A stretch of 64,000 nt of DNA from assembly GCA_050633305.1 (NCBI GenBank), contig JBOEGF010000019.1:64001-128000 (forward strand), written 5' to 3'. The translations under genes and the position numbers were made by a program. The notes under the pieces were generated by a model. The model was not told where the DNA came from, ran no database searches, and saw only the letters and a program-made list of their open reading frames with translations. This stretch comes from Nannocystales bacterium (lineage in GTDB: Bacteria; Myxococcota_A; Polyangia; Nannocystales; Nannocystaceae). This document shows positions 26,934 through 36,833 of the stretch, one piece after another (position 1 is the stretch's first letter; each line of letters begins with the position of its first letter).

Positions 26934-28478
26934 CTACATGTATCGCCGTCGACGGACGAAGAGTAGGAGACCCCAGAGCATCGCGGTCGATCCCGGTCCG
27001 CCGTCGCTGGTGCAGCCACACCCAGCATCGGACCCGTCGCTCGACGCATCGCCGTCGGCCGATTCAGAGCCTCCGCTCGATGTCTCATCCCCGGGGGTGG
27101 CGGGTCCGGCCGTTGCGGAGCCGGACCCAGTACCGCCACCAGTACCACTTTGAGGCGCGGCGGAGCCGGAACTCGAGCCCGCGGCTCCGGTGTCGTCGCC
27201 CAGAGGAGGGGACCCTGTGCTGGAGGTGGTGCTGTCTCCACCGCTCGCGCCACCGTCATCCCCGGCTCCGGGCGGGTCGACGTCCGCAATCAGCTCGGTC
27301 AGGTCCATGATGCCCTCGAAGAGTTCGTCGCAAACCGGGATGATGTCCTCGGGAGGCAGGACGAACCCGAACGGCGGTTCGGCGTCTGAGTCGGGGCGGA
27401 GCTCGATACCGTATGCGTACGCGCCTCGCTCGCCGTACGCCCAGTCCATGATGTTGCCGGCCGCGGGATACAGGCCTGCTCCGGGAATGGCGATGTAGTC
27501 CGTGGCCCACGGTTCGCCCATGCCGTCGGCGAGGGTCTGCGCGGCAGGAGCGAGGATGTCGTCGTCGGGTGCGGGATCGAGCTCGAACCCCCACGGATAA
27601 AGGACCAGCTGACCGTAGGCGTGCACGTCGACGAGAGCCAGCAGGGGGTCGAGCCCGTCCACGAGGTCCCGGACCGCGGCCGCTTCGGGCTCCGAGAACG
27701 CGGCGTCGCCATGGTAGTTGCCCGCGCCGGGGTTGCCCGAGGCTCCTGGACCTCCGAAGGCAACCGGGAAGTTTCGGTTGAGGTCGACGCCCTCGGGGGG
27801 ACGTCGGTTCTTTCGCCAGAATCGGTCGCCGTCCGTGGCCCAGGTATGCGCGTAGCCGTCGGGGTTGACCACCGGGAGAATGACGAAGCGGATCTGTTCG
27901 AGCGCCGCCGCGACTCTGGGGGTGTCGGCGTTTCGGACCAGGCGGTCGGCCAGGCACGTGGTGGCGGCGATCGAGATCCATTCGCGCGCGTGTTGGCCTC
28001 CGTTGACCAGCACCACGGGGGCGTCCTTCGCCGCACCGCTGATCTGAAGGGCTCGGAGCGGTCGCCCATCGAAGCTCTCCCCCGGCGACGTGGCTGTGAC
28101 CAGGTCGGGTCGCAGCGCCGCGAGCGACTCGAGGTGGAGCTCGATCTCATCGATCGGCGCGTACTCCGAGAAAAAATCCTCCGGTGGCATGCCACCGTGC
28201 AGGACCGGAGCACTCAAGCGCACGCGCTCTTCTTGGACAGCAGGGCCCAGATCGACGGCGCGCAGAGAGTAGTCGAGACCCGTCTGGTCGAGGAGGGCCT
28301 GCTCGCCCGCCTTGAGCCGGACGTCGAGCCAGGGTCCTACGTTGCGCTCGGTCCAGACGTCGAGGCCCAAGTCATGGACGGTGTCCACGTCATGGGCCGT
28401 CGGGGTGTGGACCCGTACGACCTGGTCTCCGTCGTTGGTGACAGCGGAGAGCAACAACCACGAGAGCAAGACCGACAA
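26934..28478 (-). CDS. M14 zinc carboxypeptidase with MYXO-CTERM-type tail
   Basis: GQHAREW, NPDGY, WRKNR, GVDLNRNF, DVHAY and IELR; tail GCGC...LWGLLLFVRRRR. Confidence 0.92.
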   Translation of the reverse strand: MSVLLSWLLLSAVTNDGDQVVRVHTPTAHDVDTVHDLGLDVWTERNVGPWLDVRLKAGEQALLDQTGLDYSLRAVDLGPAVQEERVRLSAPVLHGGMPPEDFFSEYAPIDEIELHLESLAALRPDLVTATSPGESFDGRPLRALQISGAAKDAPVVLVNGGQHAREWISIAATTCLADRLVRNADTPRVAAALEQIRFVILPVVNPDGYAHTWATDGDRFWRKNRRPPEGVDLNRNFPVAFGGPGASGNPGAGNYHGDAAFSEPEAAAVRDLVDGLDPLLALVDVHAYGQLVLYPWGFELDPAPDDDILAPAAQTLADGMGEPWATDYIAIPGAGLYPAAGNIMDWAYGERGAYAYGIELRPDSDAEPPFGFVLPPEDIIPVCDELFEGIMDLTELIADVDPPGAGDDGGASGGDSTTSSTGSPPLGDDTGAAGSSSGSAAPQSGTGGGTGSGSATAGPATPGDETSSGGSESADGDASSDGSDAGCGCTSDGGPGSTAMLWGLLLFVRRRRYM

Positions 28479-28490
28479 GTCACGAGCGTA

Positions 28491-29408
28491 TCAGCTCGCT
28501 AGGTCATCGCCCGCGCGCGCCCAGTCTTCGAGCTTGGTCTGAAGGTCGATCGCTACGCCGCTGTGGAACGGATGCGCAAACTGAAGCCGCCAGGCGTGCA
28601 GATGTAGCCGTGAAGCGTCGGTGTCACCGCCGCCGTAGCGACGGTCCCCGTACACCGGGAAGCCGCAGTGCGCAGCGTGCACCCGAATCTGATGCGTCCG
28701 GCCGGTGACCAGGGAAACCTCGAGCAGTGACGTTCCTGCGATGTCGAGCACAGGTTCGACGCGCCGGAACTTGGTCGCCGCTGGCTTGGCGCGGGCCTGC
28801 CCTGACTTGGCGACCTGCATACTGTCGGTGCCAGCTTTCTCGATCAGCGGGGCGTTGCACTCGAACGCAGCGGGGGCTTCGCCTGTCACACGCACACGGT
28901 AGATGCGTTCGATGTTGTGGTGCTCGAACTCGCGGTGGAGGCTCTTGTTGGCGACGCTGCGGATCGTGATCAACACCAAGCCGGATGCGCCTTGGTCGAG
29001 CCGATGCACGACGCCGACGTAGGGTCGCTCCAGTCCTTCGGCGCGGAGCTTGCGTCGAAGCGCTTCGCTGAGGGTCCCGCGGGCCGTTGCCTTGGTGGCC
29101 GCGACGGGGATGCCCGCGGGCTTGTCGAGGACGACGAAGGACTCCTCGCGGTGCACGAAGTTCAGCACGTCATCGGGCTCGAGCTCTTCCACGTCGAGCG
29201 CATCGGGGTAGACCGTGACTCGATCTCCGGTCGCGACGCGGGTCGAGGGCACACGGACCCGCAGGTGGCCGATGTAGACGGCGCCGGCTTTGACGAGCTC
29301 GATGCCGTCGCGCTTGGATTTCTTGGGCAGTCGGTTGCCGACCAGGGAGCCAAGCGCGGTGCCCTGCTCCTGAGGGACCACGCGAAACCGCATCGGACGA
29401 CTCGCCAT
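28491..29408 (-). CDS. RluA/RluD family pseudouridine synthase
   Basis: LDKPAG, VHRLDQGASG, TGRTHQIRVH and LHLHA. Confidence 0.93.
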   Translation of the reverse strand: MASRPMRFRVVPQEQGTALGSLVGNRLPKKSKRDGIELVKAGAVYIGHLRVRVPSTRVATGDRVTVYPDALDVEELEPDDVLNFVHREESFVVLDKPAGIPVAATKATARGTLSEALRRKLRAEGLERPYVGVVHRLDQGASGLVLITIRSVANKSLHREFEHHNIERIYRVRVTGEAPAAFECNAPLIEKAGTDSMQVAKSGQARAKPAATKFRRVEPVLDIAGTSLLEVSLVTGRTHQIRVHAAHCGFPVYGDRRYGGGDTDASRLHLHAWRLQFAHPFHSGVAIDLQTKLEDWARAGDDLAS

Positions 29409-30304
29409 CAGCTCATCTCGTTTCGCATCTGTTCAGCAAGCTCGAGCAGGTCGGTCTTGGAGAGCACATAGTCATCGTTGCAGTAGTTGCAGGTGACCGC
29501 GGTCTCGTCCTGTTCGGAGGCGAGCTTCTCGATGTCTTCGGCGCCGAGCGTGGAGAGAATCGCGAGCGCGCGTCGCCGGCCGCACGGGCAGTGGAAATTG
29601 AGCGTCCGACGCTCCATCGCTTCGTAGGACTCGCCCAGGAGCGCAAAGCCGACGACTTCCTCCACGGTGCGGTCCGATCGCAGCAGGTCCGCCAGGCCTC
29701 CGTCGCGCACGAAATCTCGCAGCGGTTCGAACACCTCAGGTGGCGAACCCGGGAACGTCTGACAAAGGATGCCTGCCGAGCGAAGCACGTTGCCTGCGCT
29801 GTCGAGTTCGACTTCGCACGCGAGCACCGAAGGAAGCTGTTCGGAGTTGGTCAGGTAGCGTTCGAGGTCGACGTCGATCTCCCCGGTCTCGAGCGCAACG
29901 ATGCCTTGGTACTCCTGCTCCAGGCCCATGTCGCGGGTGACGACGATCTGGCCCTCGCCCACGAGGTGGCCGACGCGGGTGCGGTACGCCTTGGGGTCAG
30001 GAGCGGGTACGGGGACGGGCCCCGGCCGGGTGGTGAGCATGCCGCGGATCGTTCCGTCGCTGTGCGCGTCGATCAGGATCTGACGAATTCGGCGTTGCCC
30101 GCGGAGCTGAATCCGAACTCGCTCGTCATCGTTCTTGGTCAGCGTCGCGAGCAGGCAGGCGGCCGTCATCGCGCGCCCGAGCACGACGGCGTCCAGGCCC
30201 TGGAGGCTGTGGCGACGGCACGCCTCGGTGACCAGTTCAGTGGTCACCGCACCCACCACGCGGGTGTCTTTGCCGGTGTTGATGCCGCGCAGGAGCTCGT
30301 CCAT
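29408..30304 (-). CDS. hslO: Hsp33 redox-regulated chaperone
   Basis: LGRAMTAA, YQGIV and YLTNSEQLPS; zinc motif CPC...CNYC. Confidence 0.92.
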   Translation of the reverse strand: MDELLRGINTGKDTRVVGAVTTELVTEACRRHSLQGLDAVVLGRAMTAACLLATLTKNDDERVRIQLRGQRRIRQILIDAHSDGTIRGMLTTRPGPVPVPAPDPKAYRTRVGHLVGEGQIVVTRDMGLEQEYQGIVALETGEIDVDLERYLTNSEQLPSVLACEVELDSAGNVLRSAGILCQTFPGSPPEVFEPLRDFVRDGGLADLLRSDRTVEEVVGFALLGESYEAMERRTLNFHCPCGRRRALAILSTLGAEDIEKLASEQDETAVTCNYCNDDYVLSKTDLLELAEQMRNEMS

Positions 30305-30439
30305 CGCGCGGAGGGTAGCAGCAGCCTGCGGCCGGGCCCACGGGGCCCGCAAATGTCCGATCCGAGGTGGATTGGGGTGCCTCGCCCGCGGGTGCGGCGG
30401 TGCTGCGCTTTGAGCGAACCCTCGACCCGCACCCTCGGG

Positions 30440-31696
30440 CTACTTCAGCCGGGCAAGCTCGACTTCGACCGTCTCGACCTTCTTGGAGGGACGTCGCTCG
30501 ACCATGATCTCGACCTTGTCTCCGGCGTTCTTGGCCTCGAGGGCGCCGTAGAGGTCGTCGAAGTTCGTGATGCGGGTCTCGCCGACCGCGACGATGATGT
30601 CGAACTGCACACCACCGCCGGCCTCGGTGATCGAGCGAAGCCCTGCCTTCGCAGCCGGGGAACCCGCGGGGACCTTGCGGATGATCACCCCTTTCGTGAC
30701 GCCCAGCCGGCGTGCCTTGTTGGGGGACAGGACACCAACCCCCAGGCCGACGCGCTCGGCTCGGCCGGAGCGGATGAGCTGAGGGACAAGGCGCTTGATC
30801 GTGGTCACCGGGACCGCGAAGCCGATGCCGGCCGAGCTACCGCTGGCGGAGAAGATCATCGTGTTCATGCCGATTAGCTCGCCCGCGGAGTTGAGCAGAG
30901 GGCCCCCGGAGTTGCCCGGGTTGATCGCGGCGTCGGTCTGGACCATGCCCCGAATGGTCAGACCTCCCACGCCCTTGACCTCGCGCCCGAGCGCAGAGAC
31001 GACCCCTACGGTGAGCGTGTGATCGAGGCCGAAGGGGTTGCCGATCGCCAGAGTCTTTTGGCCGACCTCGAGCTCGTACTCTTTGGGCGGGCGGCGAAGC
31101 GCGGTGAGCCCTTCGGGAGCGGTGATCTTCAGCACCGCGATGTCCTTGGCGGCGTCGAAGCCGACGATCTCCGCCGGGTATTCTTTCTGGTCGTACAGCG
31201 TGACCTTGAGCTTCGGTTTGTTGCGGAGCTGGCAGTTGGGTAGGGCGACGTGGCAGTTGGTGACGATGTGCCCTTCTTCGTCCCAGACAAACCCGGTGCC
31301 CGTGCCCGCGGGGGCTTCGGTGGCTTTCATCGAATAGCGGTCGTAGACGACCTGACTCTGGGTCACGAAGACGGTGGCCGGCGCGGCCGCCTTGAACACG
31401 GAGGTCGAGTTCTGCTCGTCCTGCGTGCGGGCGCCCAGAGGGAGCGGAGCCACTGCGGGGGTCGCGGTCGGCTGAGGCTCGGCCTTGGCCAGCACGGCTC
31501 CGACCGGCTCGGTATCGACCACCGGCTGGGCCTCGGGTTGGGCCTCAGGACTCGCACGGGCTGGCTTGGGCTCGGCCGGCGCTGGAGCAGGCGCGGGAGC
31601 AGGTGCCGCGGCGACCGCAGGTTCTGCGGGGGGGGCAGCGGTATCGCAGGCCGTGGTGACGAGCAAGGCGGCGCCGAGACAGAGGACTCGGTGCAT
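30440..31696 (-). CDS. HtrA/DegP-like S1C serine protease with one PDZ domain (lipoprotein)
   Basis: GTGFVWD..GHIVTNCHV, DIAVLK, AIGNPFGL and QTDAAINPGNSGGPL; PDZ GSPAAKAGL. Confidence 0.93.
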   Translation of the reverse strand: MHRVLCLGAALLVTTACDTAAPPAEPAVAAAPAPAPAPAPAEPKPARASPEAQPEAQPVVDTEPVGAVLAKAEPQPTATPAVAPLPLGARTQDEQNSTSVFKAAAPATVFVTQSQVVYDRYSMKATEAPAGTGTGFVWDEEGHIVTNCHVALPNCQLRNKPKLKVTLYDQKEYPAEIVGFDAAKDIAVLKITAPEGLTALRRPPKEYELEVGQKTLAIGNPFGLDHTLTVGVVSALGREVKGVGGLTIRGMVQTDAAINPGNSGGPLLNSAGELIGMNTMIFSASGSSAGIGFAVPVTTIKRLVPQLIRSGRAERVGLGVGVLSPNKARRLGVTKGVIIRKVPAGSPAAKAGLRSITEAGGGVQFDIIVAVGETRITNFDDLYGALEAKNAGDKVEIMVERRPSKKVETVEVELARLK

Positions 31697-31897
31697 GGCA
31701 TTTCCGGCGTGAGAGGTCATTGCGGTTCGAGCAGGCCCAGAAGGCGAATGTAGGCCGCTACACCGCGGCCGCAAGGTTTGTTCCCAGGGAGGCCTTCCTA
31801 GGTCCTCGCCCGTGGTGTGTTGTTCAGGCCTAAACAGACCGCAAACCCCACCGGAGCGTACGTCTGGGGGAGGCCTATCGTGCTATATCTCGCTCCA

Positions 31898-33898
31898 ATG
31901 ACCGGGCTTCCTCCGTGTCCGCATTGCGGCCAGCACCACGCCGAAGACGTGCTGCTTTGTCCAAATGCCGAAAAGCTGATCCCGCTCGCAGGGCGCGTCC
32001 TCGACGGCAAGTTCCGTTTCGAAAAGCAGCTCGGTGAGGGCGGCATGGGGGCGGTGTGGGCGTGCGAGAACATTCTCGTCAAGAAGACGGTCGCCATCAA
32101 GCTGATGCACGTCCAGTTTTCCAAGGACGAGGGGGTGCTCGGCCGCTTCCGCAACGAGGCGACTGCGGCGGGTCGCATCGGCAGCAAGCACATCTGCGAC
32201 ATCCTCGACCTGGGGCGCTCCCAGCTCGGCCCGTACATCGTCATGGAAATGCTCCATGGCGCGGACTTCGCTGGCTTCATGCAGCAGCGGTCCGCGGTCG
32301 ATCCGGGCACGATCGTGATGGTCATGCGGCAGGCGCTCGAAGGTCTGCAGGCCGCGCATGCCGCGGGCATCGTTCACCGAGATCTCAAGCCCGAGAACAT
32401 CTTCCTGCATGAGCCCGAGCCAGGGCAGCTGTTGGTCAAGCTCATGGACTTCGGCATCTCGAAGTTCACCGAGGGAGAGATGGCCGGCAAGACAGGCATG
32501 GGGGTGCTCATGGGCACGCCCGAGTACATGTCCCCGGAGCAGACCGAGGGTGCTGCGCAGGCTGACCACCGCACCGACATCTGGGCGATGGGCGTCATCC
32601 TCTACTGGGCGCTCGCCGGACGAAACCCGTTCATGGGCGCGACGATGGCCTCGACGCTGATCAACGTAACGACGCGGGAACCGACCCCGATCTCGCAGGC
32701 GGTGCCCGGAATCGATCCTGGGCTTGCCGCCGTGGTCGACCGCTGCCTCAAGAAGAGTCCTGCCGATCGCTTCGAGAGCTCCGAGGCGATGAGCGCAGCG
32801 CTCGAGCCCTTCGAGAACCTGCAGGGCGCCTTCTTCGTCCCGTTCCTCAGTAAGTCGGGAACAACGGGTCGCGGCACATCGGCTCCGAGGACGCCGCCGC
32901 CGGGTGCGACGGTCGCCTCGGTGGGGCCGCCGCAGATGCGACCTCCATCGGGGCCACCGCCTGCGGCTCCAGCTGCGGCGGCGGTGCCGACTCCGACGCC
33001 GTCGAGCAAGAGCGAGGACGTCATGGTTCTGGGCGCCGCGGGTGCCGGGGGTGGGCCGACGTTCTCCTCCGAGCTCTCCGGCGCACCTCCGGGTGCGTCT
33101 CCCACGATGGCGACCGGCGGCGACTGGGGCGGCTTGGGGGACGAATCTGACCTGCGCCCCGACAGCAACATGGGGTCCGGCAAGGGCGGTTTCCTCGTCA
33201 TCGCGCTCGTCGCGTTGGCGGTCGTCGCCGGGGGTGGGTACTTCGCGTACGCCGCGATGCAAGAGCCCGACGCCAAGGCCGTCGCGGCCAGCGCGGCTGC
33301 AAAAGCCGAGGAGCAGCAGGCCGAGGCAAAAGCGGCAGAGGAGGCTGCAAAAGCCGCGGAGGAAGCCGAGGCTGCGTTGCTGCCTGACGTTGGAGCCGGG
33401 GATGAAGCTGGCGACGAAGCCGGCGAAGAGGCAGAAGGTGGTGCAGTGGTGGCCGGAGCCGAAGGTGGTGCGGCCGAAGGTGGTGCGGCCGAGGGCGGCG
33501 CGGGTGAGGGCGGCGCAGCCGAAGGTGGCGCAGCTGAGGGTGGCGCGGCCGAAGGTGGCGCGGCCGAAGGCGGTGCAGACGAAGGTGGCGCAGCCGAAGG
33601 TGGCGACGAGGGTGGCGACGCGAAGCCATCGGGTGGCGGTTCGAAGCCATCGGGTGGCGGTTCGAAGCCATCGGGTGGCGGTTCGAAGCCATCGGGTGGC
33701 GGTTCGAAGCCATCGGGCGGAGGTTCGAAGCCATCGGGCGGAGGTTCGAAGCCATCGGATGATGATTCGGGCAAGGGCAAGCTGACCCCGAGCAAGGGCC
33801 CTCGCGACGACACGAGCGCCAAGAAGAAAAAGAAGAAAAAGAAGAAGGGCAAGAAGAAGAAGGGCAAGAAGAACAAGAAGCTGAGCCCCAGCGGCTGA
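31898..33898 (+). CDS. Ser/Thr protein kinase with N-terminal Cys/His knuckle, TM helix and repetitive C-terminal tail
   Basis: CPHCGQHH..CP, LGEGGMGAVW, HRDLKPENI, DFGISK and GTPEYMSPEQ; TM segment; (AEGGA)n, (KPSGGGS)6 and poly-K tail. Confidence 0.92.
   Translation: MTGLPPCPHCGQHHAEDVLLCPNAEKLIPLAGRVLDGKFRFEKQLGEGGMGAVWACENILVKKTVAIKLMHVQFSKDEGVLGRFRNEATAAGRIGSKHICDILDLGRSQLGPYIVMEMLHGADFAGFMQQRSAVDPGTIVMVMRQALEGLQAAHAAGIVHRDLKPENIFLHEPEPGQLLVKLMDFGISKFTEGEMAGKTGMGVLMGTPEYMSPEQTEGAAQADHRTDIWAMGVILYWALAGRNPFMGATMASTLINVTTREPTPISQAVPGIDPGLAAVVDRCLKKSPADRFESSEAMSAALEPFENLQGAFFVPFLSKSGTTGRGTSAPRTPPPGATVASVGPPQMRPPSGPPPAAPAAAAVPTPTPSSKSEDVMVLGAAGAGGGPTFSSELSGAPPGASPTMATGGDWGGLGDESDLRPDSNMGSGKGGFLVIALVALAVVAGGGYFAYAAMQEPDAKAVAASAAAKAEEQQAEAKAAEEAAKAAEEAEAALLPDVGAGDEAGDEAGEEAEGGAVVAGAEGGAAEGGAAEGGAGEGGAAEGGAAEGGAAEGGAAEGGADEGGAAEGGDEGGDAKPSGGGSKPSGGGSKPSGGGSKPSGGGSKPSGGGSKPSGGGSKPSDDDSGKGKLTPSKGPRDDTSAKKKKKKKKKGKKKKGKKNKKLSPSG
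33623..33758 (+). repeat. 21-bp tandem repeat, six units plus a partial, encoding KPSGGGS
   Basis: aagccatcgggtggcggttcg x4, then the variant aagccatcgggcggaggttcg x2. Confidence 0.9.
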
Positions 33899-33928
33899 AC
33901 GCCTCGTTCCCTTTGCGCCTCTGCTGCA

Positions 33929-34390
33929 ATGTCTCGTCTTCTTCTGTTGGTGCCTCTGCTGGCACACGCATGCGCCAAGGATCCGGGGGCGACTCCTCGT
34001 CGTGGTCCCGGCGCAGCAACCCCGTCCAAGCCGGGCGTGGGTTCGATCCGCGTCGGCAACCAGGTCAAGGGGGTCGAAGCTCAACCCGACTACAACGCTG
34101 AGGCAGAAGAGATCCGGCAGCGTGTCGAGGGCACGTTGCCGAGCCCGCTGCCCAGTCCCAAGGCGGCGTGCAACACGATGTTCGACGCGGTGCTCTCCAT
34201 GTATCGCCGCGTTGATGGGGACGGAGCGAGGTCGGTGACCCTGCTCGAGGCCACACGCGAGGCCGATCAGCTCGCGTGTGAGTCCGAAACCTCTTCGGCC
34301 GCCGCGGCGTGCGTGGCCGTGCTGATCACCCGCGACGGAGGAGAGTTCGCATGGCTTCTCGACCAGTGTTCACGCGCCTTCCCCACCTGA
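33929..34390 (+). CDS. Hypothetical lipoprotein with four additional Cys
   Basis: MSRLLLLVPLLAHAC lipobox; co-directional with both neighbours. Confidence 0.65.
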   Translation: MSRLLLLVPLLAHACAKDPGATPRRGPGAATPSKPGVGSIRVGNQVKGVEAQPDYNAEAEEIRQRVEGTLPSPLPSPKAACNTMFDAVLSMYRRVDGDGARSVTLLEATREADQLACESETSSAAAACVAVLITRDGGEFAWLLDQCSRAFPT

Positions 34391-35604
34391 TTCTCTCGGT
34401 GGTCGCGTCGACGTTGGCGTGTTCGCATCCGCCGCCCGACGGCCCTTCGGTCGAAGCGGCGGCGGCCCCGAGCGAGCCTTCGCAGGCGGCAGGTCAGCCT
34501 GACGCAGAGCCGGCGGCCGTCGCTCAGGCCGCCTCCACACCCGACACCGTGGCCGCGGCCGAGGCCGAGCCTGCCCCGCCAACCAAGCCGCCCAAGGCCG
34601 AGTCTCTGACGATGACGTTCGTCGGCGACATCATTTTTGGGCGCTATCGAGAGACGGGGTTCGACCCGATTCCCGAAGACGGTTTCGCGGTGTTCGAGGC
34701 GATGGAGTCCGCCCTGGACAGTGACGTCTTGATCGGCAACCTCGAGACCCCGCTCGTCTACGACCTGCCCGAAACCTCGCCGATCGGGTCCAAGTTCGCC
34801 TTCGGGGCGTCGAAGGAGCACGCCAAGCTGTTGGTCGACGGGGGCTTCGACGCGGTCAGCCTCGCCAACAACCACTGGTACGACCAACGTCGGACAGGCG
34901 TGGAGGAAACGCCCAAGATTCTCGAAGAACTCGGCATCGTGCCGCTGGGAGGCGCGACGAATGAGCCGGAGGTCTTCCGTGTGCAGCCGGTCGAGGCGAA
35001 GGGCTGGCGGATTGGGGTGCTCGCGTTCACCAACCGCAGCAACGCACCCCAGCGCGACGATGCGCCGACGCTTCCGTTCCTCAGCGCCCGCGAGGTTGCT
35101 GGCACCGTCGCGCCAGTCATGGAGGCGGCGAGGGGCGAGTACGACGTGTTGGTCGGCTTTGTACACTGGGGCGAGGAGTATGAAGACGGTCCCAGTGGCG
35201 CACAGAAGAAGGCCGCCCACGCGTTGATCGATGCGGGTGCCGACCTCGTCATCGCCCACCACCCGCATGTCTTACAGGGCGTCGAGGTCTATGGTGACGG
35301 ACTGATCGCGTACTCAATGGGCAACTTCTTGTTCGAGAACACGAACGACCCCGCGCGATTGACCGGAGTCCTTCGCGTCACCATGCGCGCCGATGGGTGC
35401 CGAGACGAGGTCCGTTTCCACCCGGCGTACGTCAAGCGGATTCCCGTGCAGCACCCAGTACCCGCGGCCGGGTACATGGGCCGAAAGGTTCGCGAGCGGA
35501 TGCGGATGGTCAGCCGACGATTCGGGCTGACGTGGGACGATGTCGAGGTGGACGGTGCGGTCGATCTCCGACTCGAGGATCCGAGCTCCTGCCCGACCCC
35601 GTGA
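34351..35604 (+). CDS. CapA (poly-gamma-glutamate synthesis-type) metallophosphoesterase family lipoprotein
   Basis: FVGDI, GNLETP, SLANNHWYD, HWGEEY, AHHPHVLQ and YSMGNF; start uncertain (34351 or 34366). Confidence 0.88.
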   Translation: MASRPVFTRLPHLILSVVASTLACSHPPPDGPSVEAAAAPSEPSQAAGQPDAEPAAVAQAASTPDTVAAAEAEPAPPTKPPKAESLTMTFVGDIIFGRYRETGFDPIPEDGFAVFEAMESALDSDVLIGNLETPLVYDLPETSPIGSKFAFGASKEHAKLLVDGGFDAVSLANNHWYDQRRTGVEETPKILEELGIVPLGGATNEPEVFRVQPVEAKGWRIGVLAFTNRSNAPQRDDAPTLPFLSAREVAGTVAPVMEAARGEYDVLVGFVHWGEEYEDGPSGAQKKAAHALIDAGADLVIAHHPHVLQGVEVYGDGLIAYSMGNFLFENTNDPARLTGVLRVTMRADGCRDEVRFHPAYVKRIPVQHPVPAAGYMGRKVRERMRMVSRRFGLTWDDVEVDGAVDLRLEDPSSCPTP

Positions 35605-35736
35605 GATTGGAGGGATGGCAACTGTCGTGGCCGGCAACGTCGGTCGCTCCCGGCTCGGGGGCCTGACGAGCCGTTCCGCCTGCTGTAAGTGGTTGCAACT
35701 AGGCCTGTTCTCGCATGTGTGCCTAACGTCTACATG

Positions 35737-35753
35737 TTGGCGTCGACGTTGCA
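35737..35753 (+). promoter_or_regulatory. Possible sigma54 -24/-12 promoter
   Basis: TTGGCGTCGACGTTGCA with GG-N10-GC spacing; the -12 GC lies 14 nt before ATG 35767. Confidence 0.35.
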
Positions 35754-35766
35754 TTTCCGCGCCTCC

Positions 35767-36708
35767 ATGCGAGCTCGCGCCCTACTCCTGACCCTCGGCT
35801 TCTCCCTCTTCGGTGGATGTGACGGCGGCCCCGTGAGGGGGGACGGCGGCGCGACCCCGACGAACGACGACCGTGGCGGCTTGGGGAAAGCCGACTTGGT
35901 GGGTACCTGCGAGCTGCCCGACGGCACCGACCTTTGCGACGGTCCGGGTTGGGGCAACTGCTGGTGCGACGATCTTTGTGTCGCCTACGGTGACTGTTGC
36001 AGCGACGTCGACTCGGTATGCGGCATCGAGGAGCCGGAGCCCGAGGGAGAGCCTTGCGGTGGGTTCCTTGGCGATACGTGCTCGGACTCCGAGTACTGTG
36101 CCTACGAGGCCGGCCAGTACTGTGGTGCGGCCGATGCATCGTCCACATGCGAGCCGCGCCCCGAGGCCTGCATCGAGCTCTACGCTCCGGTCTGCGGCTG
36201 CGACGGCAACACCTACTCCAACAGCTGCTTCGCAGCGTCCGCGGGCACCGGGGTCAGCTACGAGGGGGAGTGCGAGCCGCCTCCTCCTGGCGGCTTCTGT
36301 GGCGGGATCGCGGGCATCCAATGCCCCGACGGCCAAGTGTGTGTCAACGACCCGAGCGACGGCTGTGACCCTGAACTCGGCGGAGCCGATTGCGGTGGTG
36401 TCTGCGTTCTCGACGAGCCCGACGAGTGCGCCCCCGTGCTGTGCGAGCTGTTCTGTGAGAACGGCTTTGCGTTGGACGAAGACGGCTGCGAGGTCTGCTC
36501 CTGTGCCGAGCCCGAGCCCGAGCCGTGCATCGTCAGTGGCTGCAACGCGGAGATTTGCGCCGCCGAGCCGATGTTCTCGCCCTGCGTTGCGCTGCCCCAG
36601 TTCGCATGCTTCGACGATGCCGAGTGCGGTCACTTCGCGGCGGACGGCGGCTGCGGCTGGAAGCAGACCGAGGCGCTGACCAGCTGCCTCGAGGGGTTCG
36701 ACGCGTAG
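35767..36708 (+). CDS. Cys-rich mosaic lipoprotein (somatomedin-B-like, Kazal-like and antistasin-like modules)
   Basis: Lipobox FGGC, GKAD, CWCDDLCVAYGDCCSD, CIELYAPVCGCDGNTYSNSC and CELFCENGFALDEDGCEVCSC. Confidence 0.8.
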   Translation: MRARALLLTLGFSLFGGCDGGPVRGDGGATPTNDDRGGLGKADLVGTCELPDGTDLCDGPGWGNCWCDDLCVAYGDCCSDVDSVCGIEEPEPEGEPCGGFLGDTCSDSEYCAYEAGQYCGAADASSTCEPRPEACIELYAPVCGCDGNTYSNSCFAASAGTGVSYEGECEPPPPGGFCGGIAGIQCPDGQVCVNDPSDGCDPELGGADCGGVCVLDEPDECAPVLCELFCENGFALDEDGCEVCSCAEPEPEPCIVSGCNAEICAAEPMFSPCVALPQFACFDDAECGHFAADGGCGWKQTEALTSCLEGFDA

Positions 36709-36833
36709 GCGCGTACGCCGACGCTCGAGACGACCATCCGGCGCCCAGGGGTGCCGTCGACCGGACCGAAGTGGCCACCGCAATGGCCGCGACGGTCCGC
36801 GTTTCGTTGAGCCTCCCGAGTCACCTTGAGGTC

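Noticed and set aside
33623..33758. 21-bp repeats as a CRISPR array
   Set aside because: The units are contiguous with no spacers, lie in frame within a kinase gene, and there are no cas genes.
31883..34084. 733-aa and 488-aa minus-strand ORFs with repeats
   Set aside because: Antisense readings of the kinase and its tandem repeats.
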